Shown here: in pieces, positions 1 to 9,439 of the stretch
Numbering within the stretch: position 1 is the first letter of the stretch
Layout of the letters: each line of letters begins with the position of its first letter
NCBI GenBank assembly: GCA_016192455.1
Contig: JACPUC010000008.1
Location: 124,001 to 188,000 of the forward strand
Length of the DNA: 64,000 nucleotides
Source of the DNA: Candidatus Tectimicrobiota bacterium
GTDB taxonomy: Bacteria; JACPUC01
Direction of reading: 5' to 3'
Notes under the pieces: generated by a model
Told to the model about the DNA's origin: nothing
The model's database searches: none
What the model saw: the letters and a program-made list of their open reading frames with translations, nothing else
Program-made: the position numbers and the translations under genes

Positions 1-215
1 ACCCCATCGATGCCGCCGGCGCCGTTGATCTCCTCCAGAGCGATGTTCAGGGCGATCTCCTGGCTGTCTCCATAGTAAGCGAGGATACCCGTCTTCGAGA
101 GCAACGCGCCGATGCGAATCTCAGAGCCGGCAATCTTCGCCGGGGCGCTGCTCGCCACGGTCAGGCCCAAGCCGCCCAGGAGACAAAGAACGACAAAGGT
201 ACGGATGTGCTTCAC
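1..215 (-). CDS. Branched-chain amino acid ABC transporter substrate-binding protein (LivJ/K-like), N-terminal part; runs off window start
   Basis: Manual translation: MKHIRTFVVLCLLGGLGLTVASSAPAKIAGSEIRIGALLSKTGILAYYGDSQEIALNIALEEINGAGGIDG, i.e. a signal peptide plus the IRIG...TG...G...A.EEIN..GGI.G signature. GTG start preceded by an AG-rich RBS. Confidence 0.85.
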   Translation of the reverse strand, partial: MKHIRTFVVLCLLGGLGLTVASSAPAKIAGSEIRIGALLSKTGILAYYGDSQEIALNIALEEINGAGGIDG

Positions 216-313
216 TGGCTCTCCCCCTCTGCTCTGCTGGTACGCGTGCTGCCCGCGGGGAAACCGCGCCGCGATCAAGCTTCGCCGCGCACGGGCAAGC
301 CCCCCTGGCAGGG

Positions 314-342
314 ATTCTATCGGGGCGCCGGAGCCGTGGCAA
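314..342 (-). promoter_or_regulatory. sigma70-type promoter for the binding-protein gene
   Basis: Minus strand TTGCCA-N17-TAGAAT about 100 nt upstream of the GTG start. Confidence 0.6.
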
Positions 343-704
343 CAGGTTTTGTGATGTGGCAAGTGGTGGAGGCGTGATCCTGCGGCAGCGGTTCTACGTT
401 GCGCTGCGCGAGCCGGCGCCCGAGACGCGCCCTCCCTGGGAATGGCGCGCTGCCGCCGGTGCCGGCGCCGAGCAGCTCAATGGCCCGCTCAGCCGCGCCC
501 CCGCGAGCCGGCGCCGCGGTCTCGCCAACCACTTGCGAAAGGCTCTCGTGATGCTTACCTGATGTGAAGAAGATGCCTGCCTGGCGCGAGGCCGCCTCCC
601 CGTGGGAGAAAAGCCGCCGGCGAGGCAGGCGCGGGACGCTGCGCGGCATGCTCCAGCAGAGGAGCCGTGGCGGAGCTGGGCCAGGGAACCGGCCGGCATC
701 CGCC

Positions 705-722
705 CCGGCGTTCCGCTTGCAT
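705..722 (+). promoter_or_regulatory. Candidate sigma54 (-24/-12) promoter upstream of the UbiD gene
   Basis: CCGGCGTTCCGCTTGCAT: GG-N10-GC spacing with TTGCA at -12, about 50 nt before the start codon. Confidence 0.45.
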
Positions 723-769
723 AAAGAGACGGTGGAGCAAACAGGGGATACCCGAAGGGGAGGGAGACT

Positions 770-2131
770 GTGGCTGCCGATCTTCGCTCATTCCTGCGGG
801 CCGCCGAGGAGGCCGGCCGCGTTCGCCGCGTGCGGCGCGAGGTTGATCCGGATGCGAACATGGGGGAGCTCTGCTCGCAGAGCGACAACCCTTTGCTGTT
901 TGAGAGCGTCAAGGGCTACCCCGGCTGGAGGGTCGCGGCGGCGCTCATGCAGGGCCGCGTCGATCAGGCGCTGGCCCTCGGCTGCTCCACGGGCGACGTG
1001 GTGTCGCATCTGGCGGCCCGTTTCGCCGAGGGTCCGGGTGAGATCGCGCGGGTGAGCCGCGCCCCCGTAAAAGCGAAGAAGTTCAGCGGCGGAGCGGCGG
1101 ACCTCTTTCGGCTGCCGGTCTGCCGCCACTCGGAGGAGGATGGGGGGCGGTACATCGGAGCCGGTATCAGCCTCGTCCGCGATCCGACGTCGGGGGTGCA
1201 GAACACCACCTACCCGCGCACGCAGCTTCTTCCTGGCCGGCATCCTCGCGTCTTCATCTCCTCCCGCCACACCTGGGAGATCATCAATGCCTGGCGCCGG
1301 CAGGGACATCCACGCATGCCGATGGCGCTCGTCATCGGTCACCACCCGGCCTACGAGGTGGCCGCGGGGTACAGCGGCGAGCACCCCGGCTGGGGCGAGG
1401 AGGCGTTGGCTCCGCGTCTGCTCGGCGAGCCGCTCGAGGTGATCGAGTGCGAGACGTGCGATCTCCTCGTGCCCGCCGCCGCGGAGATCGTCGTGGAGGG
1501 TGAGCTGAAGCTCACCGATTTCGAGGAAGAGGGCCCGTTCGGCAACTACATGGGGAACTACGAGTTCAGCTTCACGCCGAGCCCCGTCTTCGAAGTGCGC
1601 TGCATCACCATGCGCGAGGATGCCTATTACCGGCACATCCAGTCCACCACCTGGACGGACCATCAATCGCTCTTCTGCATGCAGACCGAGGCGCTCGTCT
1701 ACCGGGCCTGCCGAGAAGCCGGGCTCGAGGTGCACGACGTCCACATCCCGCCCTGGGGCTGCGCCTGTCTCACGGTGGTGCAGATGACGCCGCGTCACGA
1801 GGAGGATGTGGCGCGCGCCCTGGACCTGGCCGTGAAATGGCCCATCACGCCGGCGCGCATGTCAAAGCTCGGAGTGGCGGTGGACCGCGACGTGGACATC
1901 TACGACGCGCGCGATGTCTGGTGGGCCGTGAGCGTGCGCGCCAACACCCGCCGGGCCGTCCTGGAGATTCTCGATCCCGAGAAACGCAGCCAACGCAGCC
2001 ATCGTCTGGGGATCGACGCCACCTGCCCGCCGCCGAAGAACGAGCGGCAGCGTTTCTTCCAATCCAAGGCCCGGCCCTGCGGTTGGGGCAAGGTGCGGCT
2101 GGAAGACTTCCTGGCGCCGGCGGGATCCTGA
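770..2131 (+). CDS. UbiD family prenylated-FMN (de)carboxylase, atypical
   Basis: DLRSFL N-terminus, QN..YPR, VPAAAEIVVEG, EGPFG, VAVDRDVD and LGIDAT motifs; GGAG RBS. Confidence 0.9.
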   Translation: MAADLRSFLRAAEEAGRVRRVRREVDPDANMGELCSQSDNPLLFESVKGYPGWRVAAALMQGRVDQALALGCSTGDVVSHLAARFAEGPGEIARVSRAPVKAKKFSGGAADLFRLPVCRHSEEDGGRYIGAGISLVRDPTSGVQNTTYPRTQLLPGRHPRVFISSRHTWEIINAWRRQGHPRMPMALVIGHHPAYEVAAGYSGEHPGWGEEALAPRLLGEPLEVIECETCDLLVPAAAEIVVEGELKLTDFEEEGPFGNYMGNYEFSFTPSPVFEVRCITMREDAYYRHIQSTTWTDHQSLFCMQTEALVYRACREAGLEVHDVHIPPWGCACLTVVQMTPRHEEDVARALDLAVKWPITPARMSKLGVAVDRDVDIYDARDVWWAVSVRANTRRAVLEILDPEKRSQRSHRLGIDATCPPPKNERQRFFQSKARPCGWGKVRLEDFLAPAGS

Positions 2132-2208
2132 GGGGGCCGCGGCGTTGGCTCCCTGGGGTGGCGAGGGAGGGTGGCTCGTCGCGCTGGGGATGACCGGCCA
2201 CGCCTGCG

Positions 2209-3273
2209 CTACGGCTCGGCGATGAGCTTCGTCACGGCGCGGGAAACCGGCCCCTTGTAGTTCGCTCCCCAGCCGGGGATGAAGGCGGAGAACTTGCCGC
2301 CGGAGCCGCCCGCGGCGATGATCAAGTAGTCTTCGGGAGCCAGGACGACGGATTCGAGCTCATGGTCATGAGGCCCGAACTCCGCGAAGTCGAGGCCGCG
2401 ATGCTTCAGGTTGATGCGTTCGGCCTTGGCGTGCTCGACGAGGTAGGCCCGCACGTCATTCTTCGACCAGCCATGCTCCGCCAGCAGGCGCATGTGCTCG
2501 CCGCAGAGGATGACGGCGATCTCCGGGTGGCCGAGGGTGCGCGCCTCGCCGAGGGCAGAGAGGACGATGGACATGTGGTCGAGGATGCCCTCCGGGCGGT
2601 CGGTGATGTGGTCGCTGATCTGCACCGGCGAGTAGCAGGCGAAGACCGTCACCGCGCTGCGCCCGGCCGGCATGCCGCGCTCGACGCTGAACGGCGTCCA
2701 GGGGCTGTCGACCTCGTTCTCCGCGATGCAGAACGTGTACTTGCCGGGGCTGCCGAGGGTGGAGCGGTCGGTCACCTGGGAGACGGCGCCGCAGAGGTTC
2801 ATGACGACGAGGCGCAGGGCCCGCCCCAGCGTGGCGTTGGCCCGCACCCCCGGCCCGAAGATGTTGCCGCGGCAGTTGATCCGCAGGCGCTCGACGATGG
2901 GTCCATTGACGATCATGAGGAGTCCGGCCCCGCCGGTGCTGGAGGCCGGGCCGTTCAGGCAGAAGCGCTCTTCGCAGATGGCCTGCACCGCCGCCAGGAG
3001 CACCGGGAAGTACTCCGGCAGGCAGCCGGCCAGCACCGCATTGGCCGCCACCTGCTCGAGGGTCAGGGTGCGACGGCGCAGCGGGAACTCTCCCACGATC
3101 TCCTGGGCGTCACGCTCGGGGTCTCGACCCGCTCCCGCAATCATCGCTGCAACACGCTCGACCGTCGGGGGAACGACGGGCAGTCCATCGGTCCACCCCT
3201 GCTCGAAACAGTAGTCAAGGGCTCGGCCCTCCTCGACCGTAAGCCGCGCGGCCTTCGCTGCAGTGCCACCCAT
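2209..3273 (-). CDS. Conserved hypothetical protein, partner of UGSC selenoproteins (GWTDGLPVVPPT family)
   Basis: GWTDGLPVVPPT, ANAVLAGC.PEYFP, RANATLGRALRL and GSPGKYTFCIAENE motifs; GGGAGG RBS before ATG 3273; directly downstream of the UGSC gene. Confidence 0.85.
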   Translation of the reverse strand: MGGTAAKAARLTVEEGRALDYCFEQGWTDGLPVVPPTVERVAAMIAGAGRDPERDAQEIVGEFPLRRRTLTLEQVAANAVLAGCLPEYFPVLLAAVQAICEERFCLNGPASSTGGAGLLMIVNGPIVERLRINCRGNIFGPGVRANATLGRALRLVVMNLCGAVSQVTDRSTLGSPGKYTFCIAENEVDSPWTPFSVERGMPAGRSAVTVFACYSPVQISDHITDRPEGILDHMSIVLSALGEARTLGHPEIAVILCGEHMRLLAEHGWSKNDVRAYLVEHAKAERINLKHRGLDFAEFGPHDHELESVVLAPEDYLIIAAGGSGGKFSAFIPGWGANYKGPVSRAVTKLIAEP

Positions 3274-3376
3274 CCTGCGTGCCTCCCTTGAAGCCGGCAC
3301 GATCACCCCGCCCCCGTGCCGGCCGCATGTTGAATCTGCGCAGCTCCCCCCTGGAACGCTCCCAGGGGCGGCCGGC

Positions 3377-3973
3377 CTACGCCCTGCCGAGCTGCAAGGA
3401 GCGCCGCACCGCCGGCAGCGCCTGCTGCGCGCGCCGCTGCAACCCCTCCGCCGAGAGGTTGGCGATCGGGTGGGCGATGAGCGCCATGTCGTAATCCGCG
3501 AAACCCCACTGCGCCGCCGTGGCCCGCGCCGTGACCTCGAACTCCTCGGTGCAGATCACCGCCGCCGGTACGCCGCGCCGCTCCAACTGAATGCCGTCGA
3601 GCACACTGCCCGAACTGCACGACCCTCAGTCGCCGATGCCGACAAGGACGGCGGCGCACTTCCCGGCGAGCTCGGCCAGAATCTCCTCCTCGGCCCACGA
3701 GGACATCGATCTCTTGCGGCGGAAGATGATCTCCCCCACGCCGAACTCCTCCCGGAGCTGCGCCGCGACAGCTTCCAGGATCGGCGCGGCGCCCTGCTTG
3801 CGGTTCTCGAGGATGCCCAACGCCTTGCCCCGCAGATTGCCGGTGCGCGGCGCCGAGGTGATCGCCTCGCCTACCGCATGCGACACCGGTGAGACGAGGG
3901 TGACACGCCGGGACGCCGAAGCCGCCGGGGAAGGCGCCGGCCGGGCCGGGGTCCCAGGAAAGGACGCGCTCAT
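3377..3973 (-). CDS. UGSC family selenoprotein (Sec encoded by TGA at 3626-3628)
   Basis: ORFs 3626..4168 and 3377..3604 are in the same frame and join as ...VLVGIGD-U-GSCSSGSVLDGIQLERRGVP...; AGAGGAGG RBS before ATG 3973; SECIS-like hairpin after the TGA. Confidence 0.88.
3597..3613 (-). promoter_or_regulatory. Bacterial SECIS-like hairpin
   Basis: TCGGGCA-GTG-TGCTCGA stem-loop (one G.U pair, G in the loop) beginning 12 nt after the in-frame UGA. Confidence 0.65.
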
Positions 3974-4149
3974 GATGGTTCCTCCTCTGCGCCGGCGGCG
4001 CCAGCTCTCGATTGCCACGCCGCACGCCGTCTCGATCGCCGCGGCGCGCGGTCCTGTGCCCACCGCTCCCCAGGGCGCTCGCCAGAGCGCCTCACGGATC
4101 GCCTGGAGGGGATGCCGCGCTCCAGGCGTGGAGATCTCTCCAGAGGGAC

Positions 4150-4178
4150 TTGAAAAACTCCGCCGCATCAGCTATATG
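4150..4178 (+). promoter_or_regulatory. sigma70-type promoter candidate for rpmB
   Basis: TTGAAA-N17-TATATG in an AT-rich patch. Confidence 0.45.
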
Positions 4179-4291
4179 TGATATTCTCTTGTTCTTCATG
4201 ACATTTTCGCCAGGCGGGAGCTCACTGCCAAGCGTTGGTCTCCGCCGCACCGCGCCAGGCCGCAGTCGAGTGTACAACGGAGGTGATGGAG

Positions 4292-4483
4292 ATGGCGCAG
4301 CGCTGCGACATCTGCGGCAAGGGACCGCAGTACGGCAACGCGATCAGTCACGCGCATAACGTGACGCATCGGAAGTTCTTTCCCAACCTCCAGAAGAGGC
4401 GGGTGCTCTACCAGGGCTCGGTGCGCCGGTTGAAGGTGTGCACCCGTTGTCTGCGCTCGGGAAGCGTGCAGCGACCCGCCTGA
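4292..4483 (+). CDS. rpmB: 50S ribosomal protein L28 (zinc-binding form)
   Basis: MAQRCDICGKGPQYGNAISHAHNVTHRKFFPNLQ...VCTRCLRSG; GGAGG RBS. Confidence 0.97.
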   Translation: MAQRCDICGKGPQYGNAISHAHNVTHRKFFPNLQKRRVLYQGSVRRLKVCTRCLRSGSVQRPA

Positions 4484-4755
4484 CGCCCCGCGCCGAGGCC
4501 CCGGCAGGCAGCCCCTCGGAGAGCCGGCGACGATCCCTCGGCGCTGCGCTTCCGGCGGGCCGCCACGCACCCTCCATCTTACGGCGCGGGGAGGAATTTG
4601 CCAAGACGGGAGCAGCTCCTCCCCCTGCGCTCCTGCTCCGTGCGTCACCCTCCCCAGAGATGAAGGTGGTCGTTTTCGCTCCCGCCGGGGGGCTGGGACG
4701 GCGCCTGGGCAATCGGGGCGTTCCCTCCTCCCCCGTCAGCGGTGAGGCTCGGGCC

Positions 4756-5346
4756 GTGAAGCTCCTCCTGCTCCCTCTCATCAGCGCGTTCATCGGCTGG
4801 ATCACGAACTACTTCGCCATCAAGATGATCTTCCGTCCCCTCGAGCCGGTGAGGGTGCTCGGCATCACCTTCCAGGGGATCGCCCCGAAGCGGCGTTACC
4901 ATATCGCGGAGAATATCGGCACCCTGGTCGCCAACGACCTCGTCATGCTCACCGACGTGACGGCCATGATCGACGAGCTCGGCGTGCATGCCGCCATCGA
5001 GCGGCTTGTGGACCTCGCCGGCGAGCGCATCCGCGAGCGGGTCACGGAAATGCTGCCGGCCGCCAGCCTGATGACGGAGGAGATGTACGAGGAGTTCAAG
5101 CGGTTGGTGAAGGAGGAGGTGCGCAACGAGCTGCACCTGGTCACGGATCACATCGTGCAGGGCCTGCACGACAAGATCGATATCCGGCGCATCGTGGTGG
5201 ATCGCCTCGCTTCCTACGATTACGAGAAGCTCGAGAAGCTCGCCCTCGATGTGGCGCGCCGCGAACTGAAACTCATCGAGCTCTTCGGCGGCGTGCTGGG
5301 GTTCTTCATCGGCATTGTGCAGGTGGCCATCCTGGTGTGGCTGTAA
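4756..5346 (+). CDS. DUF445 family membrane protein
   Basis: FIGWITNYFAIKMIFRP...QGIAPKRR and C-terminal ELKLIELFGGVLGFFIG; GTG start inferred. Confidence 0.85.
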   Translation: MKLLLLPLISAFIGWITNYFAIKMIFRPLEPVRVLGITFQGIAPKRRYHIAENIGTLVANDLVMLTDVTAMIDELGVHAAIERLVDLAGERIRERVTEMLPAASLMTEEMYEEFKRLVKEEVRNELHLVTDHIVQGLHDKIDIRRIVVDRLASYDYEKLEKLALDVARRELKLIELFGGVLGFFIGIVQVAILVWL

Positions 5347-5659
5347 GCGCGCCGCGCCCCGGTCGAGGCGCCGGAGGATGAGGCGCCAGGGGACGAGGGC
5401 GCTCCGCTCCCAGCTTCGCTCGCAAACGTCACCACGAACCGCTCGCCGGGGGGATGCTCCGCTCCGTTGCAACTCCCCCGCTTGTGTGAACTGTGAGCTT
5501 CGTCTAGGCTGCCTGGACGCCAGCCAGCGATCGCCGCGGTAGGGTGCGAGTCCGTGGCGGGCGCCGCGCGGCGGTTCGCTCGGCTCGCTTGCCCCATGGC
5601 CGGGCCGGCGTGGTTCGCGCCGGCGGCAGGGGATAGGTCAAGGCGCGCGGGAGCCTCCG

Positions 5660-6385
5660 ATGCCAGACGCAACCAAGGCGCTCCTTGAGATTCGAGACCT
5701 GCGCGCCGGCTACGGCCGCATCGAGGTGCTGCACGGGGTCTCACTCCATGTCGACCCCGGCGAGGTGGTAGCGATCATCGGTCCCAATGGCGCGGGGAAG
5801 TCCACTGTTTTCCGCACCATGATGGGCTTCGTGCGCTGCACCGGCGGCGAGATGACGTTCAAGGGCTGCTCCCTTCACACCCTGCCCTCCTACGAGATCC
5901 TGCGCCTCGGCCTCGCCTACGTCCCCCAGGGCAGGATTGTCTTCCGCGACATGACCGTGCTCGAGAACCTGAAGATGGGAGCGTTCATCGAGCCCGATCG
6001 CCGGAAGGTGCGCCAGGCTCTCGAGCGCACCTACACGCTCTTCCCGGTCCTGCACGAGAAGCGCAGCCAGAAAGCCGGCACCCTCAGCGGCGGTCAGCAG
6101 CAGGTCCTGGCGATCAGCCGCGCCCTCATGGTGGAGCCGAAGCTGATTCTGCTGGATGAGCCCTCGTTGGGCCTGGCGCCAAACTTCGCGAAGTTCATCT
6201 TCGAGCGTCTCCTGGTGCTGCAAGAACACGGCATCACCATCATGATGGTGGAGCAGAACGCCGCCAAGGCGCTTGAGATCGCCGACCGGGGCTACGTCCT
6301 GGAGCTGGGGAACAACCGCTACAGCGGACGCGGTCGGGACCTTCTCCACGATCCGGAGGTGAAGCGCCTCTATCTTGGCGGCTAG
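5660..6385 (+). CDS. livF: ABC transporter ATP-binding protein, LivF-like
   Basis: GPNGAGKST, LSGGQQQ, LLDEPSLGLAP, VEQNA and YLGG C-terminus. Confidence 0.88.
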   Translation: MPDATKALLEIRDLRAGYGRIEVLHGVSLHVDPGEVVAIIGPNGAGKSTVFRTMMGFVRCTGGEMTFKGCSLHTLPSYEILRLGLAYVPQGRIVFRDMTVLENLKMGAFIEPDRRKVRQALERTYTLFPVLHEKRSQKAGTLSGGQQQVLAISRALMVEPKLILLDEPSLGLAPNFAKFIFERLLVLQEHGITIMMVEQNAAKALEIADRGYVLELGNNRYSGRGRDLLHDPEVKRLYLGG

Positions 6386-6473
6386 GCGGGACTGGACAGT
6401 CAAAGGAGGGGCGCCGCGGCCAGGTAGCCGCGGCCGGCGCGACGAGGCATGGGGGAGGGGCAGGGGTGGGCGC

Positions 6474-8453
6474 CTAGGAAGACTGCAGGGCCTTGGCGAC
6501 GACCCTGGAGAGCTCGACCATGCGCAGCGGCTTCTGGATGACGCCGCAGATGCCATTCGTGAGGTTCAACTGCTCTCGCTCCGAAAAGTCATACCCCGTG
6601 GAGAGGATCACCTTCACCCCCGGCTCCAACTGCTTGAGGATCTGGAAGCACTGCGCCCCACCCATGCGCGGCATGAGCAGGTCGAGGATCACCAGATCAC
6701 AGTGGGGCTCCAGGTTCTGGAAGCGCTCGACCGCTTCCTGGCCGTCGCCTGCCGTCACCACCTCGTAGCCGAGGCGGCGCAAGATGTCGGCCGCGGCGGT
6801 GCGCGCGAGCTCATCGTCGTCGACGAGGAGGATGCGGCCGCTGCCAAAGACCAGCTCTTCATCAGCGGCGGCCACAGCGATATCCGCCGAGGCGGAGGCG
6901 GCGGGCAGGTAAAGGCCGAAGGTCGTGCCCACCCCCTCCTGGCTCTGAACCTCAATCGAGCCGCCGTAGGCATTGACGATCCCGTAGACGGTGGCCAACC
7001 CCATCCCCGTCCCCTTCCCTTGCTCCTTCGTGGTGAAGAACGGCTCGAAGATGCGGGTGCGAATGCTCTCCGGGATGCCGCAGCCCGTATCGGTCACCGT
7101 GAGAAGGTAGTAGGGCCCAGGGGTGAGCCCAGCCCGGCCTCGGCACCAGGCGGCATCCAGCTCCACCCTTTGTAGGCCGAAGCAGAGTTCCCCCCCCTCC
7201 GGCATGGCGTCGCGCGCATTCACGGCAAGGTTCAGGAGCACCTGCTGCATCTGCCCGGGATCGCCGAGCACGATGGCCTTCTCGAGGCGCGCCGAGCGGC
7301 AGATGGTGATGTTCTTCTCCAGGGTCCGCCGCAACAGACTGATGGCCTCTTCAATGGTTGCCTCGAGGTCGATGGGGATATTCTGCCGTGTGCCATGGCG
7401 TGCGAAGCTGAGGAGTTGCGTCACCAGTTGGGAGCCGCGCAGCGCCGCTTTCTCGATCACCGTGGCGGCGTGCTCAATCTCGCTCTCGTTCCGCCACTGC
7501 ATTTTCAACAGCCCGGCGTAGCCCAGGACGCCGGTGAGGATATTGTTGAAATCATGCGCCACCCCGCCGGCAAGGGTGCCGATGGCCTCCAGCTTCTGCG
7601 ACTGGAAAAGCTGATCCTCAAGTTTGCGGCGCTCCTCCTCCGCTTGCTGCCGCTCGGCAATCTCCGCGCGCAACTGGCGGTTGGCCGCGACCAGCTCCAT
7701 GGTGCGCTCCTTCACCCGCGACTCGAGCTCGGTGCGCGCCGCCTGCAGCTCATCGTGCTGGCGATGGAGGATGCGATCGGCGCGGCGCACGATGAAGAAG
7801 AGGAAGGCATAGAGGCCCAGGAAGATGACGATGATGCGCAGGATGATAGAGCGCTGCTCGCGATTCGTCTGCTCCACCAACGAGGTCACGTCGGAGTAAA
7901 TCTCGAGGACGCTGGCGATCGCCGCGGGCTGGGTCGGCTGCCGAATGGGAATGTAACTCGCAAGCAGGTCGCGTTCCGCAACGGTTCCCTCGAAGGAGCT
8001 GGCGGCGTGGCGGTGCGTCAGCAAGCTCGTCACGTCGCCCTGGCGCGCCCTCAGGAAGCCGCTGTTCCCCTTATATTCCTTGCCGATGTTGCGCGCCTTT
8101 TTGCCGATGTCGCGCGGATCGGTGGAGAAGACCGTGCGCCCTTCGAGGTCGTAGACCTTAACCTTGACGACCGCAAGTCCCCGCATCATCGCCAACACTG
8201 CCTGCCGCAGGTCGGCTGTCTCCTGATGCGCCCGGAGGGCCTCGTCGTTCAGCTCCTCCACATGGGTGAGGAAGGGGGCGAAGCGCGGCCAGAGTGAGTT
8301 GGCGAAGGCCTGCGCGAGCGCCACATTCTTGCTCTCGGCGAACTCGAGGAGGTGTCGTTTGATCGACGACGGCGCGATCACGCCCGCAACGACGACGACC
8401 AGGCTGAAGGCAAGGAAACTTGTGATCGTGAAGTACCTGAGGAGCCTGAACAT
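6474..8453 (-). CDS. Membrane-bound hybrid sensor histidine kinase/response regulator
   Basis: Two TM helices flanking a periplasmic domain; AHDFNN H-box, NARDAM, FFTTK and GTGMGL; C-terminal receiver (LVDDD...DLLMP...KP). Start trimmed to MFRLL. Confidence 0.92.
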   Translation of the reverse strand: MFRLLRYFTITSFLAFSLVVVVAGVIAPSSIKRHLLEFAESKNVALAQAFANSLWPRFAPFLTHVEELNDEALRAHQETADLRQAVLAMMRGLAVVKVKVYDLEGRTVFSTDPRDIGKKARNIGKEYKGNSGFLRARQGDVTSLLTHRHAASSFEGTVAERDLLASYIPIRQPTQPAAIASVLEIYSDVTSLVEQTNREQRSIILRIIVIFLGLYAFLFFIVRRADRILHRQHDELQAARTELESRVKERTMELVAANRQLRAEIAERQQAEEERRKLEDQLFQSQKLEAIGTLAGGVAHDFNNILTGVLGYAGLLKMQWRNESEIEHAATVIEKAALRGSQLVTQLLSFARHGTRQNIPIDLEATIEEAISLLRRTLEKNITICRSARLEKAIVLGDPGQMQQVLLNLAVNARDAMPEGGELCFGLQRVELDAAWCRGRAGLTPGPYYLLTVTDTGCGIPESIRTRIFEPFFTTKEQGKGTGMGLATVYGIVNAYGGSIEVQSQEGVGTTFGLYLPAASASADIAVAAADEELVFGSGRILLVDDDELARTAAADILRRLGYEVVTAGDGQEAVERFQNLEPHCDLVILDLLMPRMGGAQCFQILKQLEPGVKVILSTGYDFSEREQLNLTNGICGVIQKPLRMVELSRVVAKALQSS

Positions 8454-8948
8454 CACGCCTGTCGCTTTCCACGTCGGCCGCGCCCACGGCTGGGCCGGCG
8501 GCCGATGGGCATCTGAAGCACCACGACCGCCGCTCTCCACGGCGCGCTTGCCGACAATCTTGGAGGCCCCCCGGCGGACCGCACCGTCCCTGAGTCTTCT
8601 ATCCTCCCGCGTGCAAGGATTGAGCCAGCAGTCACCTCCCTCGCCCAAGGGTTCCTCCCCGCCGCCGGCGCGGCGGCAGGGCCGCCACAGGCGTCGGGGA
8701 CGTCCATCGCCCCTCAGGCGTGAAGGCGGACCGGCAGGCGGCCGGCAGGGCTGCCGGGCGCAGCAGCACCACGCTCTGAGGAGAATCTTGACGTTAGCTG
8801 TCAACAGCTCGGCGCCGATCTCATCTGCACGCCCAGCCGCCCCCGGCTGGGGGTCCCCAGGCGTTGCGGCGCCGGGGAGGGCAGGCGCAGGCGCGGGGAG
8901 AGAGCGTGCGGAGGCGCCCAGGGGTGCGCGAGGCTCACTGGTTTGCAC

Positions 8949-8977
8949 TTGACAGTGCTTGCGGCAACACCTATCGT
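8949..8977 (+). promoter_or_regulatory. sigma70 promoter for tatA
   Basis: TTGACA-N17-TATCGT about 55 nt upstream of the ATG. Confidence 0.6.
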
Positions 8978-9033
8978 ACCGTATGATTGAGGAGTGTACG
9001 CTATCCCCTTCCCCTCCCTAAGGACCTTCCAGA

Positions 9034-9288
9034 ATGCTCGGCTTTATCGGCATGCCCGGACCACTTGAGCTGGTTATCATTGCGTTCATCGTCTTGGTTA
9101 TTTTTGGCAAGGGAAGGTTACCGGAGCTGGGCAGCGGCCTGGGGAAGGGAATCAGCAACTTCAAGCGCGCTCTCACTGGCAAAGAGGAGATCGACGTGAC
9201 GCCCACGGCGTCCAAAACCCAGCGGGCTGAAGTCGAAGAGTCCAACAGCAAGAAAAAGGCGGAGACCGAAAAACTTCCCGAATCCTAA
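9034..9288 (+). CDS. tatA: Twin-arginine translocase subunit TatA/E
   Basis: G..ELVII...LVIFG..RLPELG..LGKGI..FK signature. Confidence 0.95.
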   Translation: MLGFIGMPGPLELVIIAFIVLVIFGKGRLPELGSGLGKGISNFKRALTGKEEIDVTPTASKTQRAEVEESNSKKKAETEKLPES

Positions 9289-9439
9289 GCTCCCCTCCCA
9301 GCTTAGACCAGCAGCGAGCAGTGGTGCGAGCCTCGCCAGCTTCCCTCCCTGATAAGCCGTGGCATTTGGCGGAGGCGGAGCAGCGTCAAGGAAAGCAGCC
9401 CTGGCGTCTCGTGAACCTGTGGGATGGAGCGAGCTGGGG

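Noticed and set aside
337-353. TGGCAACAGGTTTTGT as a sigma54 site
   Set aside because: No GC at -12; the sequence is better explained as the -35 box of the minus-strand promoter.
3377-3973. Interpretation of the UGSC gene as a nonsense pseudogene
   Set aside because: The TGA falls exactly at a UxxC redox motif and is followed by a SECIS-like hairpin.
3303-4025. 240-aa alternative-frame ORF spanning the UGSC gene without a stop
   Set aside because: Low-complexity off-frame translation; the RBS and family motifs support the TGA-containing frame.
8454-8948. N-terminal extensions of ORF-track calls (kinase; also 4438-4755, 21657-22379, 34669-34806, 50776-51051, 58516-58803, 63240-63578)
   Set aside because: Low-complexity read-through to upstream alternative starts, often overlapping neighbours or promoters; starts were trimmed.
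9378-9402. CAGCGTCAAGGAAAGCAGCC resembling SRP RNA helix 8
   Set aside because: Lacks the CAGG...GNRA tetraloop stem and the long flanking helix.
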